The notes: a model not told the origin generated them from the letters alone. A DNA stretch of 64,000 nucleotides from Clostridia bacterium (GCA_017521365.1 JAFXCT010000039.1:12433-76432), one strand, 5' to 3'. Numbered from the stretch's first letter, positions 10,658-19,435 are shown. Translations and numbers: made by a program.

Positions 10658-10919
10658 ATACTTACTACAATACGAAATCTACAAATAGTTGGGACGAATA
10701 TATTAAACTAAAAATATTGCTTTTGTGAAGAGGAGATTAACAATGACAATAGGAACAATAACGCAGATATTGTAATTTATTATCAAACGAAGATGGGCTT
10801 TTTATAATTAGGGCAGTGCAATTATAGTTTGATAATTGTATATATAATACTTGAATAATTTTTAAAACGCATATATAATGGTTTTGAAATTTGCAAATTA
10901 AACTACGGAGGCATTTGAT

Positions 10920-13175
10920 GTGTCTGAAACGATGAAAAACAAAAAACCTGCTTTATCTGTTGAAGAGCGTGCGGAGGATTTGCTTTCACGTATGACTCTG
11001 CGTGAAAAAATTGCCCAGCTTGATATGAAATTCGGCAGTAAATACTGTACCGAGCCCGACCCCAATGACAACTGCTCTGTTACCGAAACGACGGATTATT
11101 ATTGGGATAAGCTGCGTGAGGATTTTCCCGACGGCCTTGGCTATCTTCATGATAATTATTCCGTACCTGCGGTAATGAATAAGCTGCAGAAGTTCTTTAT
11201 AGAAAATTCACGTCTGGGTATTCCTGTAATTTTTACGGGCGAGGCGCTTCACGGTATAGCCGGTACAAGGGCAACCGTTCTGCCGATTCCCACAGCCTGG
11301 GCGGCAACCTTTGAGCCGAAGTATGCCTACGAAGCGGGCAGAGTAATCGCAAAGGAAACACGCTCGCTTGGCATTTATGAGGTGCTTGCACCAAATCTCG
11401 ACGTTGCCCGTGACCCCCGTTGGGGCAGAACGGAGGAAACCTTCGGCGAGGATACCTGCCTGTCAAGCAGAATGGCGGCAAGCATAGTAAGAGGCCACCA
11501 GAACGGCGATATTTCCGCAAAGGACTCCGTTGTTTCCGAGCCGAAGCACTACTGTATCCACGGTATTCCCGAGGGCGGTGTCAACTGCGCAACGGCAAGA
11601 GCAGGTATCAGAGAAATAGAAAGCTGTTATCTGCCCGTATTTGAAGCGGGTATCAAAGAGGGCGGTGCCTACGACGTTATGGCAAGCTATAACTCAATCG
11701 ACGGCGACCTTATGATGACCTCAAGCCACTACCTGAAAACCGTGCTCAAAGAACGTTTAGGGCTTAAGGGCATCTGCCGTTCGGACTGGGGCGGACTTCG
11801 CCGTGTGCACTACCTGCACAAAATGGCGAAGAACGAAAAGGAGGCTATCTACCTTTCAAAGAAAAACGGTCTGGACTGTCAGGGCGGCGATGAATACCCG
11901 AATAAGCTCTGGGTTGACAGCCTTGAAGAATTAGTAAATGAGGGTAAGCTGGATGTTGAGAATATCAATGAATCCTGCCGCCGTGTGCTTAAAATCAAGT
12001 TTGAGCTCGGTCTTTTTGAAAATCCCTATACCGATGAAAACGAGTATAAGAACATAATCAACTGCAAGGCTCACCTTGACAAGGCGCTTGAAATTGCTCA
12101 AAAGTCTGTCATTATGCTCAAAAACGACGGAATTCTCCCGTTGCAAAAGGATAATTACAAGAAAATTGCTCTCATAGGCCCGTCGTCCGACAAAGTACGT
12201 CTGGGCGGTTATTCTGCAAAGATCGTCGGCAGAAAGCTCAAGACTATTTACGATATACTCAAAGAAGAGTTTCCCGAAGCCGAAATTATGCAGTGCGACG
12301 GCTGCGGCATCAGCGACGGCGATTTTCGGTTTGCTCTCGGCGACCAGCACCATCTGCAGGGTATAAAAGTAGAGAAACAGAACGAAAACATTGACGAAGC
12401 AGTAAATATTGCAAAGCAGGCAGATTTAATTATCTTCTGCGGCGGTGACGATACTATTTCAAGCGGCGAGGGCAGAGACCGTTGTGAGCTGACCCTGTGC
12501 GGCAGACAGAGCGAGCTTATGAAGCTGCTTTCAGAAACGGGCAAGCCCATGGTCTTTGTTATGATTCACGGCAAACCTCTCGCAATCAAGGAAGAAAGCG
12601 ATATTTCAAACGCCGTTCTTTCCTGCTGGTTTGGCGGTGAATGCGGTCCGCAGGCTATCTGTGATGTCCTCACCGGTAAGGTCAACCCCGGCGGTAAGCT
12701 GCCGTTCTCGCTTCCGAGGCGTTCTACAATGATTCCCTGCTACTACTCAATGCTGCCCGGTGCAAGCAACGAGTATTATGAGGGCAGGGGAGATGCGCTT
12801 TATCCTTTTGGCTTCGGTCTGAGCTATACAACCTTTGAGTATTCCGATTTGAAGCTTGAAAGAACAGGCAAAACCGACGTTAAGGTAAGCGTAACCGTTA
12901 AAAATACGGGCAAAACGGCAGGCGACGAGGTTGTGCAGATTTATGTTGAGGACTGCGAAAGCTCCGTTGTAACTCCGCTGCTTCTGCTCAAGGATTTCAA
13001 ACGCGTCACCCTTGAACCGGGCGAAGCAGAGACCCTTGAATTTAACCTTGATTATAAAGCCTTCCTCCTTATGAATCAGGCGTATGAATGGGTAGTTGAG
13101 CCCGGCACGTTTAAAATTTCCGCCGCCTCATCTTCCCGTGATATCCGCCTGACGGAAGAAATAGAACTTGATTGA
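10920..13175 (+). CDS. glycoside hydrolase family 3 beta-glucosidase
   Basis: 751 aa with the GH3 nucleophile region ICRSDWGG and the C-terminal GFGLSYTTFEYS block. GTG start 8 nt after GGAGG; an alternative ATG lies at 10932. Confidence 0.9.
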   Translation: MSETMKNKKPALSVEERAEDLLSRMTLREKIAQLDMKFGSKYCTEPDPNDNCSVTETTDYYWDKLREDFPDGLGYLHDNYSVPAVMNKLQKFFIENSRLGIPVIFTGEALHGIAGTRATVLPIPTAWAATFEPKYAYEAGRVIAKETRSLGIYEVLAPNLDVARDPRWGRTEETFGEDTCLSSRMAASIVRGHQNGDISAKDSVVSEPKHYCIHGIPEGGVNCATARAGIREIESCYLPVFEAGIKEGGAYDVMASYNSIDGDLMMTSSHYLKTVLKERLGLKGICRSDWGGLRRVHYLHKMAKNEKEAIYLSKKNGLDCQGGDEYPNKLWVDSLEELVNEGKLDVENINESCRRVLKIKFELGLFENPYTDENEYKNIINCKAHLDKALEIAQKSVIMLKNDGILPLQKDNYKKIALIGPSSDKVRLGGYSAKIVGRKLKTIYDILKEEFPEAEIMQCDGCGISDGDFRFALGDQHHLQGIKVEKQNENIDEAVNIAKQADLIIFCGGDDTISSGEGRDRCELTLCGRQSELMKLLSETGKPMVFVMIHGKPLAIKEESDISNAVLSCWFGGECGPQAICDVLTGKVNPGGKLPFSLPRRSTMIPCYYSMLPGASNEYYEGRGDALYPFGFGLSYTTFEYSDLKLERTGKTDVKVSVTVKNTGKTAGDEVVQIYVEDCESSVVTPLLLLKDFKRVTLEPGEAETLEFNLDYKAFLLMNQAYEWVVEPGTFKISAASSSRDIRLTEEIELD

Positions 13176-13187
13176 TTCCAATTATCA

Positions 13188-13222
13188 AAGCCCTTGGGAG
13201 TATAATAGTTCCCAAGGGCTTT
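13188..13222 (+). terminator. probable terminator after the GH3 gene
   Basis: 13-bp stem aaagcccttggga/tcccaagggcttt; the T-tract is weak. Confidence 0.45.
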
Positions 13223-13263
13223 CAGATATGTGAAAAGAATTTTTAAAAAATTTAAAATAAGTC

Positions 13264-13292
13264 TTGATTTTTTTGAAAATATAGTGTAGAAT
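13264..13292 (+). promoter_or_regulatory. sigma-A type promoter for tRNA-Ser
   Basis: TTGATT, 17-nt spacer, TAGAAT, ending about 18 nt before the tRNA 5' end. Confidence 0.5.
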
Positions 13293-13309
13293 ATCGACTG
13301 TTGACTTAT

Positions 13310-13402
13310 GGAGAGTTGTCCGAGCTGGTCGAAGGAGCACGATTGGAAATCGTGTAAGTCGCTAAAACGGCTTCGAGGGTTCGAATCCCTTGCTCTCCGC
13401 CA
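13310..13402 (+). tRNA. tRNA-Ser (anticodon GGA), CCA encoded
   Basis: 93 nt. Acceptor GGAGAGT/gCTCTCC, anticodon stem CACGA/TCGTG with loop TTGGAAA, long variable arm, T-loop GGTTCGAATCC. Confidence 0.9.
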
Positions 13403-13404
13403 TA

Positions 13405-13442
13405 AATAACAGAGATACCAAATGGTATCTCTGTTATTTTTT
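13405..13442 (+). terminator. intrinsic terminator after tRNA-Ser
   Basis: Long stem aataacagagatacca/tggtatctctgttatt followed by a T-run. Confidence 0.75.
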
Positions 13443-13663
13443 GTATAGGCAAGGGATTCGAAAGCCCGTAAAGAAAACAGTCCTGTGGACTGTTTTTAGG
13501 GCGTGGGATTGAGCTAACGTTGACTTGACAAACAAGCAGTGCCAAGCGTGGTACTGCAAAAATTAGACTGTTGAGCCAACCTTGTTAGGTGATGATTTAA
13601 TAGTGGATTTTTTGACATAGGTATGGTATAACTTAATGGAATAAGTTAATTGAGGTAACATTT

Positions 13664-14164
13664 ATGGAAATAAAAGAGTATGAAGAAAAATATGCAAAAG
13701 AAATGTCAGAAATTATTTTAAGTAATTTATATACTATTACAATAAAAGATCATGGAAAAGAAGTAGTTGACAGAATAGCCAGACATTTTACTGAAGAAGA
13801 GATAAAAAAGAATTTTCCTAAACGAATCAAGTGTTTTGTTGCAATTGATGAAGGTAAAGTGTTAGCTACAGCAAGTTTAGATAGAGTAAATGGTATGTAT
13901 GGAGTTCAGGTAGAAAATCCGGAAAATAAATATATAATACTTACTGTATTTACTCATCTTGAACATCAGAAGCAAGGTATTGGTAAAGCTCTTATACAAA
14001 AAATTGATGAATATGCTGAAGAAATTGGTGCTGAAGAAGTACTAATACCGGCCTCGGTTTATGGTCTCGATTTTTACAGAAAGCTTGGATACGATTTTCA
14101 TAATGGAAATTCATCACAAAATAAGGATGGAGAGTACATATTATCCAAACATATTAATAAATAA
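13664..14164 (+). CDS. GNAT family N-acetyltransferase
   Basis: 166 aa with the acetyl-CoA motif HQKQGIGKALIQ; AT-rich gene. Confidence 0.8.
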   Translation: MEIKEYEEKYAKEMSEIILSNLYTITIKDHGKEVVDRIARHFTEEEIKKNFPKRIKCFVAIDEGKVLATASLDRVNGMYGVQVENPENKYIILTVFTHLEHQKQGIGKALIQKIDEYAEEIGAEEVLIPASVYGLDFYRKLGYDFHNGNSSQNKDGEYILSKHINK

Positions 14165-14181
14165 CAAAAATAGAAATTTAA

Positions 14182-14664
14182 TTATGGTATAATTAATATA
14201 ACTCTCCACGCCTCAATAAGCCTTTCTAATTTCCACCCTGCGTTGGCTGGGGAGGTTGAGGGAAGGCAGACAGCCTCTCTGCCTATAGTGTCACGGATAT
14301 ATTTGTTGTAATACTTTTCTGCTGTTTTGCCGTTGACGAAAATCTGCTTAATGTCAGCGCTTTCAAGAATTACCGTCAGGTCGTTAGCTTTTACGTTTTT
14401 TATGCTGCTGTCGGAGCTGCCCGTAACGTCGCACGAGGAAATAACGTCCCACAGCGCAATGTGATTTTCGTGCAGCAGCTTTTTCTTTTCTTCAACGGTC
14501 ACGGGTGTGTCGGTGTTACATACGGTGGCAATAACTTTCCAGAATCTGTTTTGCGGGTGTCCGTAGAAAAACATCTCCTCACGGGATTTTACCGACGGAA
14601 AGCTGCCGAGGATAAGCACTTTTGAATTTTCATCATATAAAGGTGGAAACGGGTGTTGCAGCAT
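14182..14664 (-). CDS. DNA-deoxyinosine (hypoxanthine) glycosylase, UDG superfamily
   Basis: MLQHPFPPLYDENSKVLILGSFPSVKS...HPQNRFW matches the family-6 UDG N-terminus. I chose the internal ATG at 14664; the longer ORF start at 14697 would overlap the upstream gene. Confidence 0.7.
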   Translation of the reverse strand: MLQHPFPPLYDENSKVLILGSFPSVKSREEMFFYGHPQNRFWKVIATVCNTDTPVTVEEKKKLLHENHIALWDVISSCDVTGSSDSSIKNVKANDLTVILESADIKQIFVNGKTAEKYYNKYIRDTIGREAVCLPSTSPANAGWKLERLIEAWRVILIIP

Positions 14665-14675
14665 ATACTTAGCTC

Positions 14676-15227
14676 CTAATATTTTATTGAAATACATTTG
14701 TCGTTTTGAAAAGCGAATTCAACAATCCAAGGCATAACCGTACGGATTCTTTCAAAATCTTCATATTCAAATGATTTATCATAATAGTTAATGATTGTAC
14801 TCAAAGCAGTGCCGTGACTGCCGATTACAATGTTTTTGCCTTTGTATTTTTCAAGAACGCTATTTAATGCGGAAATATTCCTGCTTTGAACTTCATTTAA
14901 ACTTTCACCGTCAGACAGTTTATAGTCAAAGTCAGCCCATTGAGCTTTGCTGAAAGCCGTAAAATCCTCAATCCAGATACTATCCACTTTGCGTTCTCTG
15001 AAATCATCAATGATTTCTATACTTAAACCTTTACTGTCGGCAAAGTGAGCGACCGTATCTACAGCTCTTTTATATGGGCTTGATAAAACCACTTCAATAT
15101 TTTTCTCCGACAAAAACTGCGTAACAAGTTCTCTGTCAACCATTCCTTTGGTAGAAAGTTCTCTTGACATATCATCACGGTTATTATAATTCGGTTCAGC
15201 GTGTCTAACGAAATAAACTTTTGTCAT
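14676..15227 (-). CDS. histidine phosphatase (phosphoglycerate-mutase-like) family protein
   Basis: MTKVYFVRHAEPNY (RHG-type motif) and a later GSHG. The internal ATG at 15227 was chosen. Confidence 0.8.
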   Translation of the reverse strand: MTKVYFVRHAEPNYNNRDDMSRELSTKGMVDRELVTQFLSEKNIEVVLSSPYKRAVDTVAHFADSKGLSIEIIDDFRERKVDSIWIEDFTAFSKAQWADFDYKLSDGESLNEVQSRNISALNSVLEKYKGKNIVIGSHGTALSTIINYYDKSFEYEDFERIRTVMPWIVEFAFQNDKCISIKY

Positions 15228-15243
15228 TGTTAAAACCCCATAA

Positions 15244-16002
15244 TTATTTAATAGCAAATGTAGCAATATACTGCGGATAATATTTGCCGATTATGTTTCC
15301 GCCTTCTCCGTCACGGTCTTCGTATAATGCTTTGAGTGTAAATCCTGCTTTGAGCTGACCGCCGATTTGTTCATCAAGAGTGTGGCTGAACTGTACGCCA
15401 TCACCGTTTGCAATCATTTTCTCAAGCCGTTCTTTCGGCATTTTGAGTGGATTGAACGGCAAGGGGTTAACAACTTTCAGCGGGTCATTTTCTTCAAACA
15501 AATAGTCTATGCCGTTATCAAGCCCCGAAAGCAATCTGCCGCCCTTTTTAAGTACACGGTAACACTCATTCCAGACGTGATAAACATCTTCAACATAGTT
15601 GTTTGAAACGGGATGAAAAATCAAATCAAAACTTTCATCTTCAAAAGGAAGCGTTTTTGACATATCACCTTTGATGATAGTGATGCTGTATCCTTCTCTT
15701 TCGGATACCGTTCTCTCTGCTTCAAGCTGTCTGTCGGAATAATCAAACACGGTACACTCTGCACCGAGCTTTGCAAGTACGGGCATCTGCTGACCGCCAC
15801 CGCTTGCAAGTCCCAACACTCTTTTACCTTTCAAATCACCAAACCATTCGTGAGGAACTGAAATGCAAGGTGTAAGAATAACCGAATAATTATCGGCAGT
15901 AATTCTCTCGTATTCTTCGTGGCTTATGGGCAAGGTGTATTGGCAACCGTCTTCTGCCCACAAATCCCACGTTTCAGAATTTATTTTAGTATAGTCAATC
16001 AT
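15244..16002 (-). CDS. class I SAM-dependent methyltransferase
   Basis: 252 aa with motif I VLGLASGGGQQ and a downstream acidic FDYSD. Confidence 0.8.
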   Translation of the reverse strand: MIDYTKINSETWDLWAEDGCQYTLPISHEEYERITADNYSVILTPCISVPHEWFGDLKGKRVLGLASGGGQQMPVLAKLGAECTVFDYSDRQLEAERTVSEREGYSITIIKGDMSKTLPFEDESFDLIFHPVSNNYVEDVYHVWNECYRVLKKGGRLLSGLDNGIDYLFEENDPLKVVNPLPFNPLKMPKERLEKMIANGDGVQFSHTLDEQIGGQLKAGFTLKALYEDRDGEGGNIIGKYYPQYIATFAIK

Positions 16003-16061
16003 TTTGAAAGTCCTTTCAGTTTAAAGCAATGCTGAATTTGCAGGTTGCTTTTTTTTAAAGT

Positions 16062-16193
16062 AATTTAAGGTTTCGTTAGAATTCAGATTTCTTTTGTAGG
16101 GGCACATAATATGTGCCCGTGAAGCTGGAAGCAGCTTATCGGGCGGATAATATCCGCCCCTACACGGATAACCTTTGAGTTATATCTCTAAAG
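16062..16193. repeat. 132-bp multi-hairpin intergenic element, copy 1
   Basis: aatttaaggtttc...tgtaggggcacataatatgtgccc...gggcggataatatccgcccctaca...gttatatctctaaag. About 90% identical by eye to the reverse complement of 18087-18218. Confidence 0.85.
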
Positions 16194-16254
16194 GTGATGA
16201 TATTGCTTTTCAAAATAGGTGGCACGGCATAAACCCTGACGGAGGATTGTTATT

Positions 16255-17406
16255 TTAATATAACCGAATCAAATCTTTCAGATTATGTATCGTCCATTCG
16301 TCGCTATTTTCACCGCTACGGTCAAGATAAAAAGCTGTAAAGCCTTGTTCTCTTGCGCCGTCTGCTTCTTCTTTGCAATCGTCAACAAATATGCTTTCTG
16401 TGGCAGTTACTCCTTGTGCTTCGAGTGCCTCATTGAAAATAATCGGACTCGGCTTGCCTGCGCCGACTAAAGAGCTTGCAGTAAACGACGTGAAATATTT
16501 TGCAATGCCAAGCTGCTGTAATGTAAATTCAAGCGAAGGAGAAGTGTCGCTGATAACGCTCATTTTGTAGCCACGGCTTTTGAAATACTCAAGCACCTCA
16601 ACCGTTTCGGGAAACAAAGCTCTGTCACCGTTGCACCAAAGCTCATTCAAAAGGCAATCAGCTTTTTCTTCAACGTTTTCCGTTACATCCTCACCGACCA
16701 ATAGGTGATAATAGTATCTTCTGAAAAACTCACGCTCATCATCCAGTGTTTTGTACCAAGGCTTTCTGCCTTCGCTTGCAAGGTGAAAAACTGACATCAT
16801 TTTGTTGTAATCAAGTTCAAACGGCTTACCGCTCCAACTGCTGATTTGTGTATCTCTCCACGCTTCTTTTTCTGCCGTAAAATATGTCAGCGTTCCGTCA
16901 CGGTCAAAGAATATTGCTTTGTGTTTTTTGGTCGTATTCTCTTTTTCGTTCAAATACAAATCAATGATTCTGTTACGGTAATAGTTCGCCTGCCGTTCGG
17001 AGCTTTCGTCTGTTTGTTCAAGCTGATTTACCCATTGAAAATAATGTGTCAGCTCGTGAACGAAAGAGGAAAGTACGGTATATGCGGCGTTTTCTTTGCC
17101 TTCAATTTCGGCTTGCTTCAAATAATCTCCTGTCGGGATTCTGATATATGGCTCATCAAATGTATCAAAATACCTGAATGAACCCCAAGCCGTATTTCCG
17201 TTCATCAACTTAATTGTTTCGCTTTCCTTGACATAAACTACAACACGGATAGGAAAACAGTAATTCTTCCTTAACCATTTTGTAAAGTCTGTAAACAGCA
17301 ATTTGATATCGCTGTGAACTCCTTTTTCAAAACGCAATGCAATTCCCGTCCTGATGTTTTGGTTATCATATATTCTTTTGAAATTCTGTGATTTCCAAGG
17401 GTTCAT
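16255..17406 (-). CDS. fusion protein: N-terminal HExxH (putative metallopeptidase-like) domain + C-terminal HAD-family hydrolase
   Basis: 383 aa. SFVHELTHYFQW around residue 117, then HAD motifs FFDRDGTL, ISDTS, GKPSP and FVDD. Confidence 0.6.
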   Translation of the reverse strand: MNPWKSQNFKRIYDNQNIRTGIALRFEKGVHSDIKLLFTDFTKWLRKNYCFPIRVVVYVKESETIKLMNGNTAWGSFRYFDTFDEPYIRIPTGDYLKQAEIEGKENAAYTVLSSFVHELTHYFQWVNQLEQTDESSERQANYYRNRIIDLYLNEKENTTKKHKAIFFDRDGTLTYFTAEKEAWRDTQISSWSGKPFELDYNKMMSVFHLASEGRKPWYKTLDDEREFFRRYYYHLLVGEDVTENVEEKADCLLNELWCNGDRALFPETVEVLEYFKSRGYKMSVISDTSPSLEFTLQQLGIAKYFTSFTASSLVGAGKPSPIIFNEALEAQGVTATESIFVDDCKEEADGAREQGFTAFYLDRSGENSDEWTIHNLKDLIRLY

Positions 17407-17420
17407 AATTGAAGCTCCTT

Positions 17421-18053
17421 TTATTTGTTTTTATGCAGAATATGCCACACATCATCACCGAAAAATCCGCATTTTCTGTATAGTGCTTCGGGGTTTGTTT
17501 CATTATCAATTTTGCCCGAAACAGTTGCAAAATCTGCAATATCTTTCATTCTGCATAATAGTTCGGTTACTATCAACTGTCCGATTTTCTTGCCACGGTA
17601 TTCAGGTAACACTTGTATCCACTCGAGTATAAGCTCTTTTGCTTCTGCATCATAGTCAGCCAAACCGCAACCGACAAAGTTGCCGGTTGTTTTTTCTTTA
17701 ACCATTACCCATAAATCCTTATTATAAACAGGTGTTTTGGTATAACTTTCGATAAGTTCCGCACTTACCGAAATATACGTGTATGAATCGTTGATTATCT
17801 GCACGATTGTTTTTATATCTTTTTGCGTTGCAGTTGTGATTTCAAAAGCATCGGTTGCGATTTCGGGTATCACTTTAAGGTTGTGATACAAACGAAAATA
17901 TTTTTCATCGGTGTATTTTGATAATATGTAGGACGAAAAATCTCTGTCGTGCAAAATTTTCATATCGGGCGGTATTGTTATATTTTTAGCCTTCCAATAC
18001 GGAATTGAAAGAGTACCGCAAGGGTTGTTAAGATATTCTGCTAATGTAACCAC
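17421..18053 (-). CDS. GNAT family N-acetyltransferase with an extra N-terminal domain
   Basis: 210 aa with a GTG start. Acetyl-CoA motif VLPEYRGKKIGQLIV and C-terminal NPEALYRKCGF. Confidence 0.75.
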   Translation of the reverse strand: MVTLAEYLNNPCGTLSIPYWKAKNITIPPDMKILHDRDFSSYILSKYTDEKYFRLYHNLKVIPEIATDAFEITTATQKDIKTIVQIINDSYTYISVSAELIESYTKTPVYNKDLWVMVKEKTTGNFVGCGLADYDAEAKELILEWIQVLPEYRGKKIGQLIVTELLCRMKDIADFATVSGKIDNETNPEALYRKCGFFGDDVWHILHKNK

Positions 18054-18086
18054 GGCTTAATCCCATCCTTGTTGTAATGTCGTTAA

Positions 18087-18218
18087 CTTAAGAGATATAA
18101 CTTAAATGATATCCGTGTAGGGGCGGATATTATCCGCCCGACAGGCTTCTTCCGGCTTCGCGGGCACATATTATGTGCCCCTACGAAAGAAGTCTGAATT
18201 TTAATGAAACCTTAAATT
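18087..18218. repeat. 132-bp multi-hairpin intergenic element, copy 2 (inverted relative to copy 1)
   Basis: cttaagagatataac...gtaggggcggatattatccgccc...gggcacatattatgtgcccctac...gaaaccttaaatt. Confidence 0.85.
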
Positions 18219-18388
18219 GGCAATGTTGTTTGTCTTGGTAGGGGCAGTATAACAATTAAAAAAATATATTTATATCACTGCACGACAGAACTGTAGGGAA
18301 GGGTCTTGACCCTTCCGAAAAGTCAGATAAAACCTGTCGGAACGGTCGAGACCGTTTCCTTGAACGTTCGGCAGGCTTATCACAGATT

Positions 18389-19267
18389 TTAATTATCTGA
18401 AAGAGATAAAATGTATTTTTCCAAATCATCAGGCAGTGCCTTCTTTAAAGCTTGTTTCGTCAAGGCTCTTACTGAATACTCCTCAAATGCGTTGAGCTTA
18501 CCGCTATCATTATCAAGATAATACGAATTGTCTATACCGTCAAAATGCTTTTTGCTTGCGAGAATACGGCTTTGTGTTTTGATTATATACGGATGAATTA
18601 TATGATGCAAAAACTCGTGTATTACGGAGTCTGAATTAAATGTACCCGAACAGATAATCAATTGTTTATCTGTAACGTGATAATCGCTTGAATATGCACA
18701 TTTTATCGGTGATAAAACTATTTTAATGGTGTTGATGTCAGTATTGTATTTGTCTGTGCATATTTCAATTGTTTGCTGTAAAGCTGTCAAGGTATCTGTG
18801 TTTGCTTTGTTCTGCTGTTCTATCCAACCGTTTTCCCATTCTAAATATTTTTTAAACGGTTCGCTGTTAATAACTCTGTTTAATTCGGCAGGAAAGTCGG
18901 CAATCCAAGACCAAAAATTTTCATCTCTTTGAGTATCTTTCAAATTGCTTGCCGACATAACAAAATTTTTGTATTCTGCAAAATTCGAAAAACGAGCCGT
19001 ATCGGTATTGATATAAAAAACTGCTGACTCCATCAGAGCTGCTCTCGGCCAGTAAGAATATGTTTCACAGGTGTTTTGCTTGGCTTGGGAAAAGAAAACG
19101 GAAGATAATTCGGGGTTGCAAAAAGATTTAACGGATTCAATTTGCTTCTGTGTTCTTCCGAGTGAGTAATAATCATACCCGGACTGTAACAGCGCAAAGT
19201 ATATTGCGGATATTGAGGGGGCATTTGTTATTGATATGTTTTCAATAGTATGTGTTGCTTTAATCAC
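18389..19267 (-). CDS. hypothetical protein with an HExxH motif (possible zinc-dependent hydrolase)
   Basis: 292-aa ORF with a GTG start. VIHEFLHHIIHPY near residue 215; no family recognised with certainty. Confidence 0.5.
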   Translation of the reverse strand: MIKATHTIENISITNAPSISAIYFALLQSGYDYYSLGRTQKQIESVKSFCNPELSSVFFSQAKQNTCETYSYWPRAALMESAVFYINTDTARFSNFAEYKNFVMSASNLKDTQRDENFWSWIADFPAELNRVINSEPFKKYLEWENGWIEQQNKANTDTLTALQQTIEICTDKYNTDINTIKIVLSPIKCAYSSDYHVTDKQLIICSGTFNSDSVIHEFLHHIIHPYIIKTQSRILASKKHFDGIDNSYYLDNDSGKLNAFEEYSVRALTKQALKKALPDDLEKYILSLSDN

Positions 19268-19363
19268 GGTTTAAATCCCTTCTCGTCTTTGTAGGGGCAA
19301 TTCACGAATTGCCCGTGCTAAAAGTAATATGCCGTTTTGCAAATTTAAACAAACCTTACTATA

Positions 19364-19435
19364 TGTCATTCTGAGGCGTAGCCGAAGAATCTTTCTTTTT
19401 GTGTTTTAAGATTCTTCACTGCGTTCAGAATGACA
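19364..19435. repeat. nested palindromic element
   Basis: Outer arms tgtcattctga/tcagaatgaca, inner arms gaagaatct/agattcttc, plus mini-hairpin ggcgtagcc. Confidence 0.7.

Noticed and set aside
10743-10775. 10-codon mini-ORF (MTIGTITQIL) with a GAGGAG RBS upstream of the GH3 gene; possible leader peptide.
   Set aside because: No associated terminator/antiterminator structure is visible, and such an ORF is easily produced by chance in AT-rich intergenic DNA.
13306-13545. 79-aa minus-strand ORF.
   Set aside because: It runs antisense through tRNA-Ser and its terminator, so it is not credible as a gene.
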